IMG/VR virus record: IMGVR_UViG_2874945390_000008
DNA length: 59,499 bases
Origin: a virus
Taxonomy: Duplodnaviria > Heunggongvirae > Uroviricota > Caudoviricetes
Direction: 5' to 3' (one strand)
Below, piece by piece: positions 40,190 to 49,363 of the stretch. The translations under genes and the position numbers were made by a program. Positions within the stretch are counted from its first letter, which is position 1; every line of letters starts with the position of its first letter. A model generated the notes under the pieces. That model was given only the letters and a program-made list of their open reading frames with translations, made no database searches and was not told where the DNA came from.

Positions 40190-40735
40190 TTAAAGCTCCA
40201 TTAATTTTCCGGCAAGTTCATCTCGCGGCATTACCAGCCATCCGCGCGATTTAAGCAACATCAGGGCTTCTTCAACCGTCACCAGCTGACCAGGCGCATA
40301 ACTTCGGATGAAGGCAGTTTTATCATCACGGATCGCCAGGTGAATATCGATGTTCATTTTCCCCGTAGCCCGATCTTTCTCGTACTGGTTGAAGTAGCAG
40401 TCTTCCAATTTTTCGAATACTTCCCACGCCTGATCGGTTTCGAGCATTTTAGCGTGACGTGCTGCTCCGCGTTCTGTCCAGAGAATGAGGGAGCGAACGT
40501 TACGGGCAATTTTCACAGACTCGCTTAAAGATAGTCTGTGCTTCATACCTCTAAGCTCATCGCCCACTAACTTATAAAAATGCTTACCTTCAATAAAACG
40601 TTCAGCGTTTCTGGCGTGATTTTGCTGAATGCGAATCGCTTCTGTGCCGTACAACTGCGCCAAAAGTTCAGTGGTAATAACAGGTATCTGGTTATGGGCG
40701 ATCGGGGAGAGAGTTTCAACAGAGATTTGAGTGGT
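40190..40735 (-). CDS. Phage antirepressor-like DNA-binding protein (ORF6N-type, copy Y)
   Basis: MTTQISVETLSPIAHNQIPVITTELLAQLYGTE...; paralogue of 35655..36212. Confidence 0.5.
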   Translation of the reverse strand, partial: TTQISVETLSPIAHNQIPVITTELLAQLYGTEAIRIQQNHARNAERFIEGKHFYKLVGDELRGMKHRLSLSESVKIARNVRSLILWTERGAARHAKMLETDQAWEVFEKLEDCYFNQYEKDRATGKMNIDIHLAIRDDKTAFIRSYAPGQLVTVEEALMLLKSRGWLVMPRDELAGKLMEL

Positions 40736-40889
40736 CATAACGATAACTCCGTACATTTGGAAATTATCGCCACCGACGACGCCAATCGAACTGGTGGCGA
40801 ACTGTGCAGGGTTGGCGTAACCGGGTACGGAAACCGGCGAGCCTTTCGGCTCCCCCACACAGCCCGCCATAAATCGCGAATGTGACTGT

Positions 40890-40915
40890 GCAAACGATAT
40901 GAAAAAAGACGCGGA
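40890..40915 (-). terminator. Hairpin plus T-run upstream of copy Y
   Basis: Minus strand AGACGCGtccGCGTCTtttttc. Confidence 0.4.
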
Positions 40916-40939
40916 CGCGTCTCATATCGCTCCGTAAAC

Positions 40940-41000
40940 ATCCGGGACGCCAATCCCGACGCCAGATTTTGCTGGCGCGTGAGGAATATAGCCCCGGATT
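40940..41000. repeat. ~60-bp conserved element, copy 2
   Basis: Same sequence as 37675..37735. Confidence 0.7.
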
Positions 41001-41065
41001 AACGTTGTCGTCAACAGCCACTACAGGCTAAACTAACAATATTCCCCAACAACGAAGGATTTAAC

Positions 41066-41353
41066 ATGGCTCAGGTCTATTTTGATACACTGAAGTTCGT
41101 CGAAACCTTGGAAGCCGCAGGAATGCCGGCAGCTCAGGCGCGCGCTATATCTGCCGCAGTGAAAGATTCTCACGAAGCCGCAGAAGTCGCCACAAAGCGC
41201 GACCTAAATGATGTCAGAACTGAACTAAAAAACGACATTGCAGCCCTTGATGCAAAAATAGACAAACTCAGCCTGCAACTGACCGTCAGATTTGGTGGCA
41301 TGCTCGTCGTTGCTGTTGGCGCACTGACAGCCATCATCAAATTACCTCTTTAA
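41066..41353 (+). CDS. Coiled-coil membrane-anchored protein (DUF1640-like)
   Basis: MAQVYFDTLKFVETLEAAGMPAAQARAISAAVKDSHEA... with C-terminal TM segment. Confidence 0.5.
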   Translation: MAQVYFDTLKFVETLEAAGMPAAQARAISAAVKDSHEAAEVATKRDLNDVRTELKNDIAALDAKIDKLSLQLTVRFGGMLVVAVGALTAIIKLPL

Positions 41354-41461
41354 ATTACCAGCCCGTTCGGGGCTGGTTTACCTTACCCCAGCGGCAAATC
41401 GAATACACAACCAGCGCCACCGCCATTGCAATTCCTACCGTGGTGAATGCTTCAGGCCAGG

Positions 41462-41920
41462 TCATCGTAAAACATCCTCCACGCTTATCAGTCCATTTCG
41501 CTTCAGGTAATCCATCGCCTTCTCCGGTAATTTGCAGTCAGGCTTAGCTTTTTTCAGTTGACTGACCAGTCGTTTAACCCACATTGTTAATTCGCTAACC
41601 TGATTACTGGATGCTAGTAGGTTGTCGGCTTTACCCAGAATGACAGCACAGCAAGCCTCTTTGAGTACCCAGTCAACAGCGTCTTTCCATGCTCCTGTTT
41701 CGACTGGTGGATTCTCACGCTTTACCTGTTCATAAAAGCGCACGGCTTTAACCAGTCCTTCTGATGTCACCTGGACTGGCGGGGCAGTGAATAAGGCCTG
41801 AATTTCATAGTTCGGCCTGTCGTTACAATCCTCTTTTTTCGGTACATATTTCCAGTCACCAGACCACCACTTCCCCTGAAAGTCCGTAACGCCTTTTTTT
41901 TCACGTAGCGATATCGCCAT
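41462..41920 (-). CDS. Hypothetical phage protein
   Basis: 152-aa ORF. Confidence 0.4.
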   Translation of the reverse strand: MAISLREKKGVTDFQGKWWSGDWKYVPKKEDCNDRPNYEIQALFTAPPVQVTSEGLVKAVRFYEQVKRENPPVETGAWKDAVDWVLKEACCAVILGKADNLLASSNQVSELTMWVKRLVSQLKKAKPDCKLPEKAMDYLKRNGLISVEDVLR

Positions 41921-41975
41921 GCCACTGTTTTTGCTTGCCCCGCCGTTTCATGCCCTTCCTGATAATTAATCTCGC

Positions 41976-42152
41976 TCATTCATCGCCCCACTCATCACAA
42001 TATGCTTCGACCGGAGTTTTTCCTGCTTCATAATCATCACGCCATGCTTCAGCATCAGCAGCACTGCCACCACGTAACTCTGCATAGTCCATTAACAGTT
42101 CATGCCATTCTTCAAAACTGACGTTGTATTTAGTTGAACCAAAATCAGCCAT
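41976..42152 (-). CDS. Hypothetical small protein (58 aa, below track cutoff)
   Basis: MADFGSTKYNVSFEEWHELLMDYAELRGGSAADAEAWRDDYEAGKTPVEAYCDEWGDE; ATG overlaps the upstream stop. Confidence 0.35.
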   Translation of the reverse strand: MADFGSTKYNVSFEEWHELLMDYAELRGGSAADAEAWRDDYEAGKTPVEAYCDEWGDE

Positions 42153-42327
42153 TTTGTTCTTCCTCTTCGTCTTTTATTTCGTGATATGAGTAATTGCAGT
42201 AGTTAAAGAAAATATCTTTTGCTTCGTCATGTATTTCATCAGGCGTCGCATCATCATCCACTTCGAATTCATCCTCGAAATCTCCACCGGCTATTCCCGT
42301 TTCAATAATAATTTTGAACTTTCGCAT
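42145..42327 (-). CDS. Hypothetical small acidic protein
   Basis: MRKFKIIIETGIAGGDFEDEFEVDDDATPDEIHDE...; track ORF start lies inside the IS end. Confidence 0.35.
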   Translation of the reverse strand: MRKFKIIIETGIAGGDFEDEFEVDDDATPDEIHDEAKDIFFNYCNYSYHEIKDEEEEQNG

Positions 42328-42348
42328 TTCACTACCGCCCTTTCGGGC

Positions 42349-43647
42349 CTGAGGGATCCCCACAAAATTACTGCTAATAAACCAGCACCATATTTCGGTA
42401 GGTTCTGGACAGATGGTTTAGAACTGTGCTCAGTACTGTTCGTCTTAAAATAAGTGGCGAGTGTCGAAGAACATTCTTCGCTAACGTCAGATATGAGATA
42501 ACCCGCCGGGATTTAATGCTGTTAGCCTGATATTTCAGGTGTAACCCTTTATTTTCAGCGTGATAACCGAGTAACCACATTACGATAGTGCTCAACGTTG
42601 CCAGCAGACTCAGAACCAGAATTCTTCCTGTTGAACGACTTTTGCTGGCCCGAAGACCAAATCCGAAGCGCCCGTTCTTTTCATCACGAAAGTTTTGCTC
42701 TATCTGCATTCGCCGACTGTATAACTTGATGATTTCTCGCGCTCTGAAGTCATTTGTACTGCTGAAGATCAACCAGGCTTCTTTTGCTGATTTGCTCTGT
42801 TCTTTGTCTGTTTTGTTTAAACCACTCTGACCTTTCGAACGTTTCTTTTTTCGCCCTTTTGCCGATTTCTTATAGGTGTAAAAATGCCCCCGGATGCTTT
42901 TTTCCTTTCTTTAACCAGCCTTCCAGCCCCCATATATTCCGGTGTTTTACATTCAGGGCTATCCGACACTTTTAACCATCTTTCAGGCGCGTTATCGAGG
43001 CAATACTGAACGTTATTTCTGATCCGACCAATAAAATCCCAGCCCAGAGAAGTAATATGGTGAAACCATGCGCTCTGAAATCCAGCATCCGTGACAATAA
43101 TAACCCTGGCATCGGGGGCAGGGATTGAGCAAGGGAATCAAGGAAATCATGTTGTATCAATGGATTATTTTGTTTTTCAGAAGGAACAACCTTACTCAAT
43201 AACGGAATGGAACGCCCGTCACACAGAAGGCTGGCACGAAGAACATGATGCTCCTGGGAGGGATAGCCACTCCAGTCTACGGCTATTACACATAAAGATA
43301 ACTGCCGTGTCAGCATTGAAGTGATATTCCTGAAAATCATTGGAATATCGCGATGGAGCGCCTCATTACCCATGAGGCGATCAATACGTTTGCTCTTATT
43401 CTTAACTTGTGCATTACCCGGCAAAAAACGTCCGATACTGGTCAGCGTCAGAGATGCTCCGTTGATTAACGCCACTGTGGCATCCATCAGGGCATTTTGT
43501 CGGTACTGATGAAATGGTGCTAAGGCATCCCGGAAGAAATTCTGACATACTTTATGAACAGGCATAGCAGTGATCTCATTGAATTGTTGGCACAAATCAG
43601 TAGATCACATAATGCTATGTCTGTCTCGTTTTCTGGGGATTCCTCAG
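42349..43647 (-). mobile_element. IS10-like element (IS4 family), copy A, defective
   Basis: Ends CTGAGGGATCCCCACAAAA / CTGAGGAATCCCCAGAAAA; transposase frame broken by C6 to C5 (43114..43118) and A7 to A6 (42898..42903) relative to copy B. Confidence 0.8.
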
Positions 43648-43970
43648 GGCAGGGGGGCGGCGAATTGTCTCTGGTACCTGGCAAGGACTGGAACAATCAG
43701 CAGAATATCTATCACCGTTGGTTGAAAGGTGAAACGAAAGCGCAAAGGGAAAAAATTCAGAAACTGATCCCTGCGGTTCTGGCAATTCTTCCGCGTGAGC
43801 TGCGTCACCGACTCTGTATCTTCGATACCCTGGAACGCCGTGCATTACTGGCGGCGCAGGAAGCGTTGAGTACGGCAATTGATGCGCATGATGATGCTGT
43901 CCAGGCCGTTTACCGGAAAGCACATTTCAGCGGTGGTGGGTCGCCCGGCGATTCTGTCGTAGTGCATTGA
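43648..43970 (+). pseudogene. ydaT-like gene, 3' fragment
   Basis: Joins in frame with 47813..47921(-) across one copy of ggcaggggg to give MKIRHEHIESVLLALAAEKGQAWVANAITEEYLRQGGGELSLVPGKDW... Confidence 0.65.
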
Positions 43971-44047
43971 TTGAAATTAATCGTGCCGGATTGTTTTGTT
44001 CGGTATCAGTTAAATGTAACGCTGCGAGCGTTACAAGGTGAAAACAA

Positions 44048-44825
44048 ATGGCTTCAAACTGGATAAAGCTCGAGGTTATTACGCCGGATAAGCCGGAAAT
44101 ATTCAGGCTTGCTGAGATTCTGAATATTGATCCAGATGCCGCATTAGGGAAGGTTATTCGCTTCTGGGCATGGGCGGATCAACAAATGATAGACGGTAAT
44201 GCAGATTGTAACGCTCGCGGCGTTACAAAAAGTGCAATAGATCGCATCACTTTTATGTCTGGTTTTGCTGATGCGTTAATTCAGGTTGGATGGCTGGTCG
44301 AAAATGACGGTGGGCTTTCTCTACCTAACTTTGAACGTCATAACGGAAAAAGCTCTAAAAAAACGGGCGGTTACAAACGAGCGAGTAACAAAAATACGCG
44401 AACTGAAACGAAAAGGTAACGCGGCCAGCGTTACACAAACGGATCAAAAAGCGTTACCAGAGGAAGATCTAAATACTGATCTCCCCCTAAATCCCCCTCG
44501 CCAAAAACGAGCGTCTAAAAAATTCGAGCCGGAGGCTATTGAGCTGCCCGATTGGTTGCCGGAAACACTCTGGCATGAGTGGGTCCGGTTCAGACAGGCA
44601 TTGCGAAAACCGATTCGAACGGAGCAGGGCGCTAACGGGGCGATACGGGAACTGGAAAAATTCCGTCAGCAGGGTTTTACACCTGAGCAGGTGATTCGAC
44701 ACAGCATCGCCAATGAATACCAGGGCCTGTTCGCGCCGAAAGGTGTTCGGCCTGAGACGTTGCTCCGACAGGTTAACACCGTCTCGTTGCCGGACAGTGC
44801 GATCCCGCCAGGCTTCAGGGGGTAA
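44048..44825 (+). pseudogene. ydaU-like replication protein, frame broken at an A7 run
   Basis: ORFs 44048..44419 and 44286..44825 overlap in adjacent frames around ctaaaaaaacgg (about 44352). Confidence 0.45.
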
Positions 44826-44831
44826 CGGACC

Positions 44832-45578
44832 ATGAAAAATATTGCGACAGGCGGCGTTCTGGAACGCATCCGCCGACTGACCCCGCCACATGTAATCGCC
44901 CCATTCAGAACGGTAGCGGAGTGGTGCGAGTGGCAACTTGCTGAAGGCCAGAAACGTAGCGAGGAGATCAACCGCCTGAATCGCCAGTTGCGGGTGGAAA
45001 ATATTCTGAATCGCTCAGGCATCCAGCCGTTGCACCGTAAATGCTCGTTTGCGAATTACCAGGTGCAGAACGACGGCCAGCGATACGCGTTAAGCCAGGC
45101 GAAATCCATCGCCGATGAACTGATGACCGGGTGTACAAATTTTGCGTTCAGCGGAAAACCTGGTACCGGGAAGAATCACTTAGCGGCAGCTATCGGGAAT
45201 CGCCTGCTGAAAGACGGTCAGACAGTGAATGTGGTTACCGTGGCTGATGTTATGAGCGCCCTGCACGCCAGCTATGACGACGGGCAGTCAGGCGAAAAAT
45301 TTTTGCGGGAGCTGTGCGAAGTGGATCTGCTGGTTCTTGATGAAATTGGCATTCAGCGCGAGACGAAAAACGAGCAGGTGGTGCTGCACCAGATTGTTGA
45401 TCGCCGGACAGCGTCGATGCGCAGCGTGGGGATGCTGACAAACCTGAACTATGAGGTGATGAAAACATTGCTCGGCGAGCGGATTATGGATCGCATGACC
45501 ATGAACGGCGGGCGCTGGGTGAATTTTAACTGGGAGAGCTGGCGTCCGAATGTTAGCCATTCGAGGGTTGTTAAGTAG
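44832..45578 (+). CDS. DnaC-like helicase loader (Rac YdaV-like)
   Basis: Walker A GKPGTGKNHLAAAIG, Walker B LLVLDEIG; MKNIATGGVLERIRRL... Confidence 0.85.
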   Translation: MKNIATGGVLERIRRLTPPHVIAPFRTVAEWCEWQLAEGQKRSEEINRLNRQLRVENILNRSGIQPLHRKCSFANYQVQNDGQRYALSQAKSIADELMTGCTNFAFSGKPGTGKNHLAAAIGNRLLKDGQTVNVVTVADVMSALHASYDDGQSGEKFLRELCEVDLLVLDEIGIQRETKNEQVVLHQIVDRRTASMRSVGMLTNLNYEVMKTLLGERIMDRMTMNGGRWVNFNWESWRPNVSHSRVVK

Positions 45579-45592
45579 TTTCAGGAGGATTT

Positions 45593-46015
45593 ATGGCGAA
45601 ACCTTTTACTCCCGAACAGCGGGAAGAACTGAAGACGCGAATTGTGGAACTCGTGCATCAGGACGGTCGGGTCACGATTCGGCAGTTGTCAGATGAAACA
45701 GGTATCAGTCGTGCGTCTGTCGGTCGCTTATGCATGGAACTGGTCGCAAGTGGTGATGTATATAATTCTGGCTACGGCTTATTCCCGTCTGAACAGGCTC
45801 GCAAGGACTGGCAAAGCGCCCGCAAAAAACTCTCGAGAGTAAAGGTGAGGAAACCATCTGTGGTTGATCTGGATCTTATCTGGTCATTACCTGACGGAGA
45901 AATACGTCGTTACGACAGGCGTCATAATATAATTTGTACTGAGTGTCGTAAAAGCGAAGTTATGCAGCGTGTATTGGCTTTCTATCAGGGTAATTTTCAG
46001 GAGGTGGTACTGTGA
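45593..46015 (+). CDS. Putative HTH DNA-binding protein
   Basis: ...RVTIRQLSDETGISRASVGRLCMELVASGDV... HTH-like segment; 140 aa. Confidence 0.4.
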   Translation: MAKPFTPEQREELKTRIVELVHQDGRVTIRQLSDETGISRASVGRLCMELVASGDVYNSGYGLFPSEQARKDWQSARKKLSRVKVRKPSVVDLDLIWSLPDGEIRRYDRRHNIICTECRKSEVMQRVLAFYQGNFQEVVL

Positions 46016-46072
46016 GTGAAATTAGTTATCAGGCACTAATTGCCGCAGGCATTCGCATCAAAGGAGAGTGAC

Positions 46073-46429
46073 GTGGAAATAAAACCAGAAGATGAGTTAA
46101 GTAATATTGTTTTATTTCCGGTAAAAGAGGATGACCCTCGTAATCAGGTTAATTTTCTTTATGATCCATCGGAAAGACCATATTGCCATCACGCCTCTGT
46201 ACGGGTTGACGAAAAAGAGCGTCAGGTCCGCTGTAAAATCTGCGGTGCGGTTGTGGAGCCGTTTGACTGGATGCTCTCTGTGGCAAAAAGAGAAACCAGA
46301 CTGGCAGATGATGTAAGGCTATTGCGCCAGGAGGAACAGGAAAGGCGGAGAAATATAGAAAAGCTGATACAGATTGAGCGTAACGCGAAAGCGCGGATAC
46401 GCAGGGCGACAAAATCCAGAACTGAATAA
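46073..46429 (+). CDS. Zinc-ribbon / coiled-coil protein
   Basis: GTG start after AAGGAG; CHH...CKICG motif then charged coiled-coil. Confidence 0.35.
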   Translation: MEIKPEDELSNIVLFPVKEDDPRNQVNFLYDPSERPYCHHASVRVDEKERQVRCKICGAVVEPFDWMLSVAKRETRLADDVRLLRQEEQERRRNIEKLIQIERNAKARIRRATKSRTE

Positions 46430-46511
46430 TTAAATTTAGCACTGTTAAAAATTTAATCCTTAACCGGAGGGATTCCTGCACCCTCAAATCATCAGGAGGC
46501 CGCCCGAAAGG

Positions 46512-47812
46512 CTGAGGAATCCCCAGAAAACGAGACAGACATAGCATTATGTGATCTACTGATTTGTGCCAACAATTCAATGAGATCACTGCTATGCCTG
46601 TTCATAAAGTATGTCAGAATTTCTTCCGGGATGCCTTAGCACCATTTCATCAGTACCGACAAAATGCCCTGATGGATGCCACAGTGGCGTTAATCAACGG
46701 AGCATCTCTGACGCTGACCAGTATCGGACGTTTTTTGCCGGGTAATGCACAAGTTAAGAATAAGAGCAAACGTATTGATCGCCTCATGGGTAATGAGGCG
46801 CTCCATCGCGATATTCCAATGATTTTCAGGAATATCACTTCAATGCTGACACGGCAGTTATCTTTATGTGTAATAGCCGTAGACTGGAGTGGCTATCCCT
46901 CCCAGGAGCATCATGTTCTTCGTGCCAGCCTTCTGTGTGACGGGCGTTCCATTCCGTTATTGAGTAAGGTTGTTCCTTCTGAAAAACAAAATAATCCATT
47001 GATACAACATGATTTCCTTGATTCCCTTGCTCAATCCCTGCCCCCCGATGCCAGGGTTATTATTGTCACGGATGCTGGATTTCAGAGCGCATGGTTTCAC
47101 CATATTACTTCTCTGGGCTGGGATTTTATTGGTCGGATCAGAAATAACGTTCAGTATTGCCTCGATAACGCGCCTGAAAGATGGTTAAAAGTGTCGGATA
47201 GCCCTGAATGTAAAACACCGGAATATATGGGGGCTGGAAGGCTGGTTAAAGAAAGGAAAAAAAGCATCCGGGGGCATTTTTACACCTATAAGAAATCGGC
47301 AAAAGGGCGAAAAAAGAAACGTTCGAAAGGTCAGAGTGGTTTAAACAAAACAGACAAAGAACAGAGCAAATCAGCAAAAGAAGCCTGGTTGATCTTCAGC
47401 AGTACAAATGACTTCAGAGCGCGAGAAATCATCAAGTTATACAGTCGGCGAATGCAGATAGAGCAAAACTTTCGTGATGAAAAGAACGGGCGCTTCGGAT
47501 TTGGTCTTCGGGCCAGCAAAAGTCGTTCAACAGGAAGAATTCTGGTTCTGAGTCTGCTGGCAACGTTGAGCACTATCGTAATGTGGTTACTCGGTTATCA
47601 CGCTGAAAATAAAGGGTTACACCTGAAATATCAGGCTAACAGCATTAAATCCCGGCGGGTTATCTCATATCTGACGTTAGCGAAGAATGTTCTTCGACAC
47701 TCGCCACTTATTTTAAGACGAACAGTACTGAGCACAGTTCTAAACCATCTGTCCAGAACCTACCGAAATATGGTGCTGGTTTATTAGCAGTAATTTTGTG
47801 GGGATCCCTCAG
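46512..47812 (+). mobile_element. IS10-like element (IS4 family), copy B, intact
   Basis: 1301 bp; same ends as copy A; single 407-aa transposase ORF. Confidence 0.85.
46564..47787 (+). CDS. IS4-family (IS10-group) transposase
   Basis: MCQQFNEITAMPVHKVCQNFFRDALAPFHQYRQ...VTDAGFQSAW...YSRRMQIEQNFRDEK... Confidence 0.8.
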   Translation: MCQQFNEITAMPVHKVCQNFFRDALAPFHQYRQNALMDATVALINGASLTLTSIGRFLPGNAQVKNKSKRIDRLMGNEALHRDIPMIFRNITSMLTRQLSLCVIAVDWSGYPSQEHHVLRASLLCDGRSIPLLSKVVPSEKQNNPLIQHDFLDSLAQSLPPDARVIIVTDAGFQSAWFHHITSLGWDFIGRIRNNVQYCLDNAPERWLKVSDSPECKTPEYMGAGRLVKERKKSIRGHFYTYKKSAKGRKKKRSKGQSGLNKTDKEQSKSAKEAWLIFSSTNDFRAREIIKLYSRRMQIEQNFRDEKNGRFGFGLRASKSRSTGRILVLSLLATLSTIVMWLLGYHAENKGLHLKYQANSIKSRRVISYLTLAKNVLRHSPLILRRTVLSTVLNHLSRTYRNMVLVY

Positions 47813-47921
47813 CCCCCTGCCGCAGATATTCTTCAGTAATTGCGTTAGCGACCCACGCCTGCCCTTTTTCGGCTGCCAGGGCTAACAGCACTGATTCGAT
47901 GTGCTCATGCCTGATTTTCAT
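47813..47921 (-). pseudogene. ydaT-like gene, 5' fragment
   Basis: MKIRHEHIESVLLALAAEKGQAWVANAITEEYLRQG ends at the IS junction; 9-mer ccccctgcc abuts the IS. Confidence 0.6.
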
Positions 47922-48128
47922 GAATCACCTTCCTAGGTCGTTTTGCCTTACGATATTCGTCATAAACTTTGGGGTCGTACTGAAGTTCCCCGCCAGATGC
48001 CTCTTGCAGGCGCATCGCGCGACCTTCAGGAACCAGTTCCCCCCATGCAGGCTTGCCAGCCTAACTCCTGCGGCATTGGCAAGCTTTGTTTTGCTGCCAA
48101 AAAACGCTATAGCATCAATTTTCAACAT
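47905..48128 (-). pseudogene. dicC: Cro/DicC-like regulator with a 1-bp frameshift in a G-run
   Basis: MLKIDAIAFFGSKTKLANAAGVRLASLHGG then out of frame; adding one G restores ...ELVPEGRAMRLQEASGGELQYDPKVYDEYRK. Confidence 0.55.
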
Positions 48129-48204
48129 ATCGAGCTCCTTAGATTTTCCTAAGGAAACTAGATCGTAGAGAAACCTAAGTCAAGAAAAATTAGAATTCCC
48201 TAAT

Positions 48205-48612
48205 ATGAAAAACGAAACCTTCGGTGCTCGCCTCTTACATAGGCGTAAAAAATTAAAACTGTCTCAGGCCGCATTAGGTAAGCTGGTCAAAGTGGCTCAC
48301 GTAACAATTTCTCAATGGGAAAGAGATGAAACACAGCCGGCGGGGAAAAGATTATTCGCACTGAGCCAAGCGCTTCAGTGCTCACCGGCTTGGCTTCTTT
48401 TTGGGGATGAAGATAAACAACCAGGCGAACCGATCCCGGATAATCAGCCAGCCATTCTGACAGAAGATCAAAAAGAGTTACTTCAACTGTTCGACGCACT
48501 GCCTGAGTCAGAGCAAAAGGCCCTGTTGTCAGAGATGCGTGCTCGAGTTGAAAATTTCAACAAACTTTTTGAAGAACTACTCAAAGCTCGCAAAAGAAGC
48601 GCAAACAAATAA
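48205..48612 (+). CDS. dicA: DicA-like HTH repressor
   Basis: MKNETFGARLLHRRKKLKLSQAALGKLVKVAHVTISQWERDETQPAGKRLFALSQALQCSPAWLLFGDEDKQP...; divergent from the cro-like gene. Confidence 0.8.
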   Translation: MKNETFGARLLHRRKKLKLSQAALGKLVKVAHVTISQWERDETQPAGKRLFALSQALQCSPAWLLFGDEDKQPGEPIPDNQPAILTEDQKELLQLFDALPESEQKALLSEMRARVENFNKLFEELLKARKRSANK

Positions 48613-48817
48613 TCCCCTTTTTTCTCCACACCCTGTAATAAAAAGCACAAACTTTCAAACACTTGTGTTTTTTACATCAAAAAAAAACTTAGGTTTTTCT
48701 ACATAAAAATCTTGACCACCCACCTTAGGTTATTCTAAGTTTCATTCATCAAGACACCGCACGGTGTTCTCAGCAAACAGTTCCGCTACCCCGGCGTTAA
48801 GGGGAAATGGGGTCAAC

Positions 48818-48973
48818 ATGAATACTATCGATCTTGGCAACAACGAATCTCTGGTGTACGGCGTGTTCCCCAACCAGGACGGCACATTCACCGCCATGAC
48901 GTATACCAAAAGCAAAACGTTTAAAACCGAAGCTGGCGCACGTCGTTGGTTGGGAAGACATTCAGGTGAGTAA
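48818..48973 (+). CDS. ydfA: YdfA-like small protein
   Basis: MNTIDLGNNESLVYGVFPNQDGTFTAMTYTKSKTFKTEAGARRWLGRHSGE. Confidence 0.6.
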   Translation: MNTIDLGNNESLVYGVFPNQDGTFTAMTYTKSKTFKTEAGARRWLGRHSGE

Positions 48974-48974
48974 A

Positions 48975-49178
48975 ATGAACGAGACAGAATTAAAACACGT
49001 TATCGCTCTACTCCTAGAAGATGCAAAACGCCTCCAGCAACTGGAGCCAAATGCAGGCACTGGGGCGCGCATCTGGCTGGCTAAAGAAGCGCTGGAATCT
49101 GGCGATTATGATAGCGAAGAAGCCTTCTACAAAGCAGAAGGCCGTACAGGATATTCACCGGGTCTTGGCGGGGTATAA
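48975..49178 (+). CDS. YdfB-like small protein
   Basis: MNETELKHVIALLLEDAKRLQQLEPNAG...; ATG after AGGTGAG. Confidence 0.45.
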   Translation: MNETELKHVIALLLEDAKRLQQLEPNAGTGARIWLAKEALESGDYDSEEAFYKAEGRTGYSPGLGGV

Positions 49179-49363
49179 ATACCATGCGCATTGACTGAAT
49201 TCGCAAACAAAAACAGACGCGCGATACCTGGATAGTCGGTCTGCATAGTCAGATATCTGGCTGCGAATTTGATAAATATCACCGCCCTTTTCGGAAACAT
49301 AAGTTCCGTCCGGGAGTTGATTATACGAACCATCTCCATGGGGGATCGTTCTCCTGAATCCTA

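Noticed and set aside
44286-44825. Programmed frameshifting in the ydaU-like gene at the A7 run
   Set aside because: The run is not in a canonical X XXY YYZ context in the upstream frame (TCT AAA AAA ACG); treated as a frameshift mutation or sequencing error.
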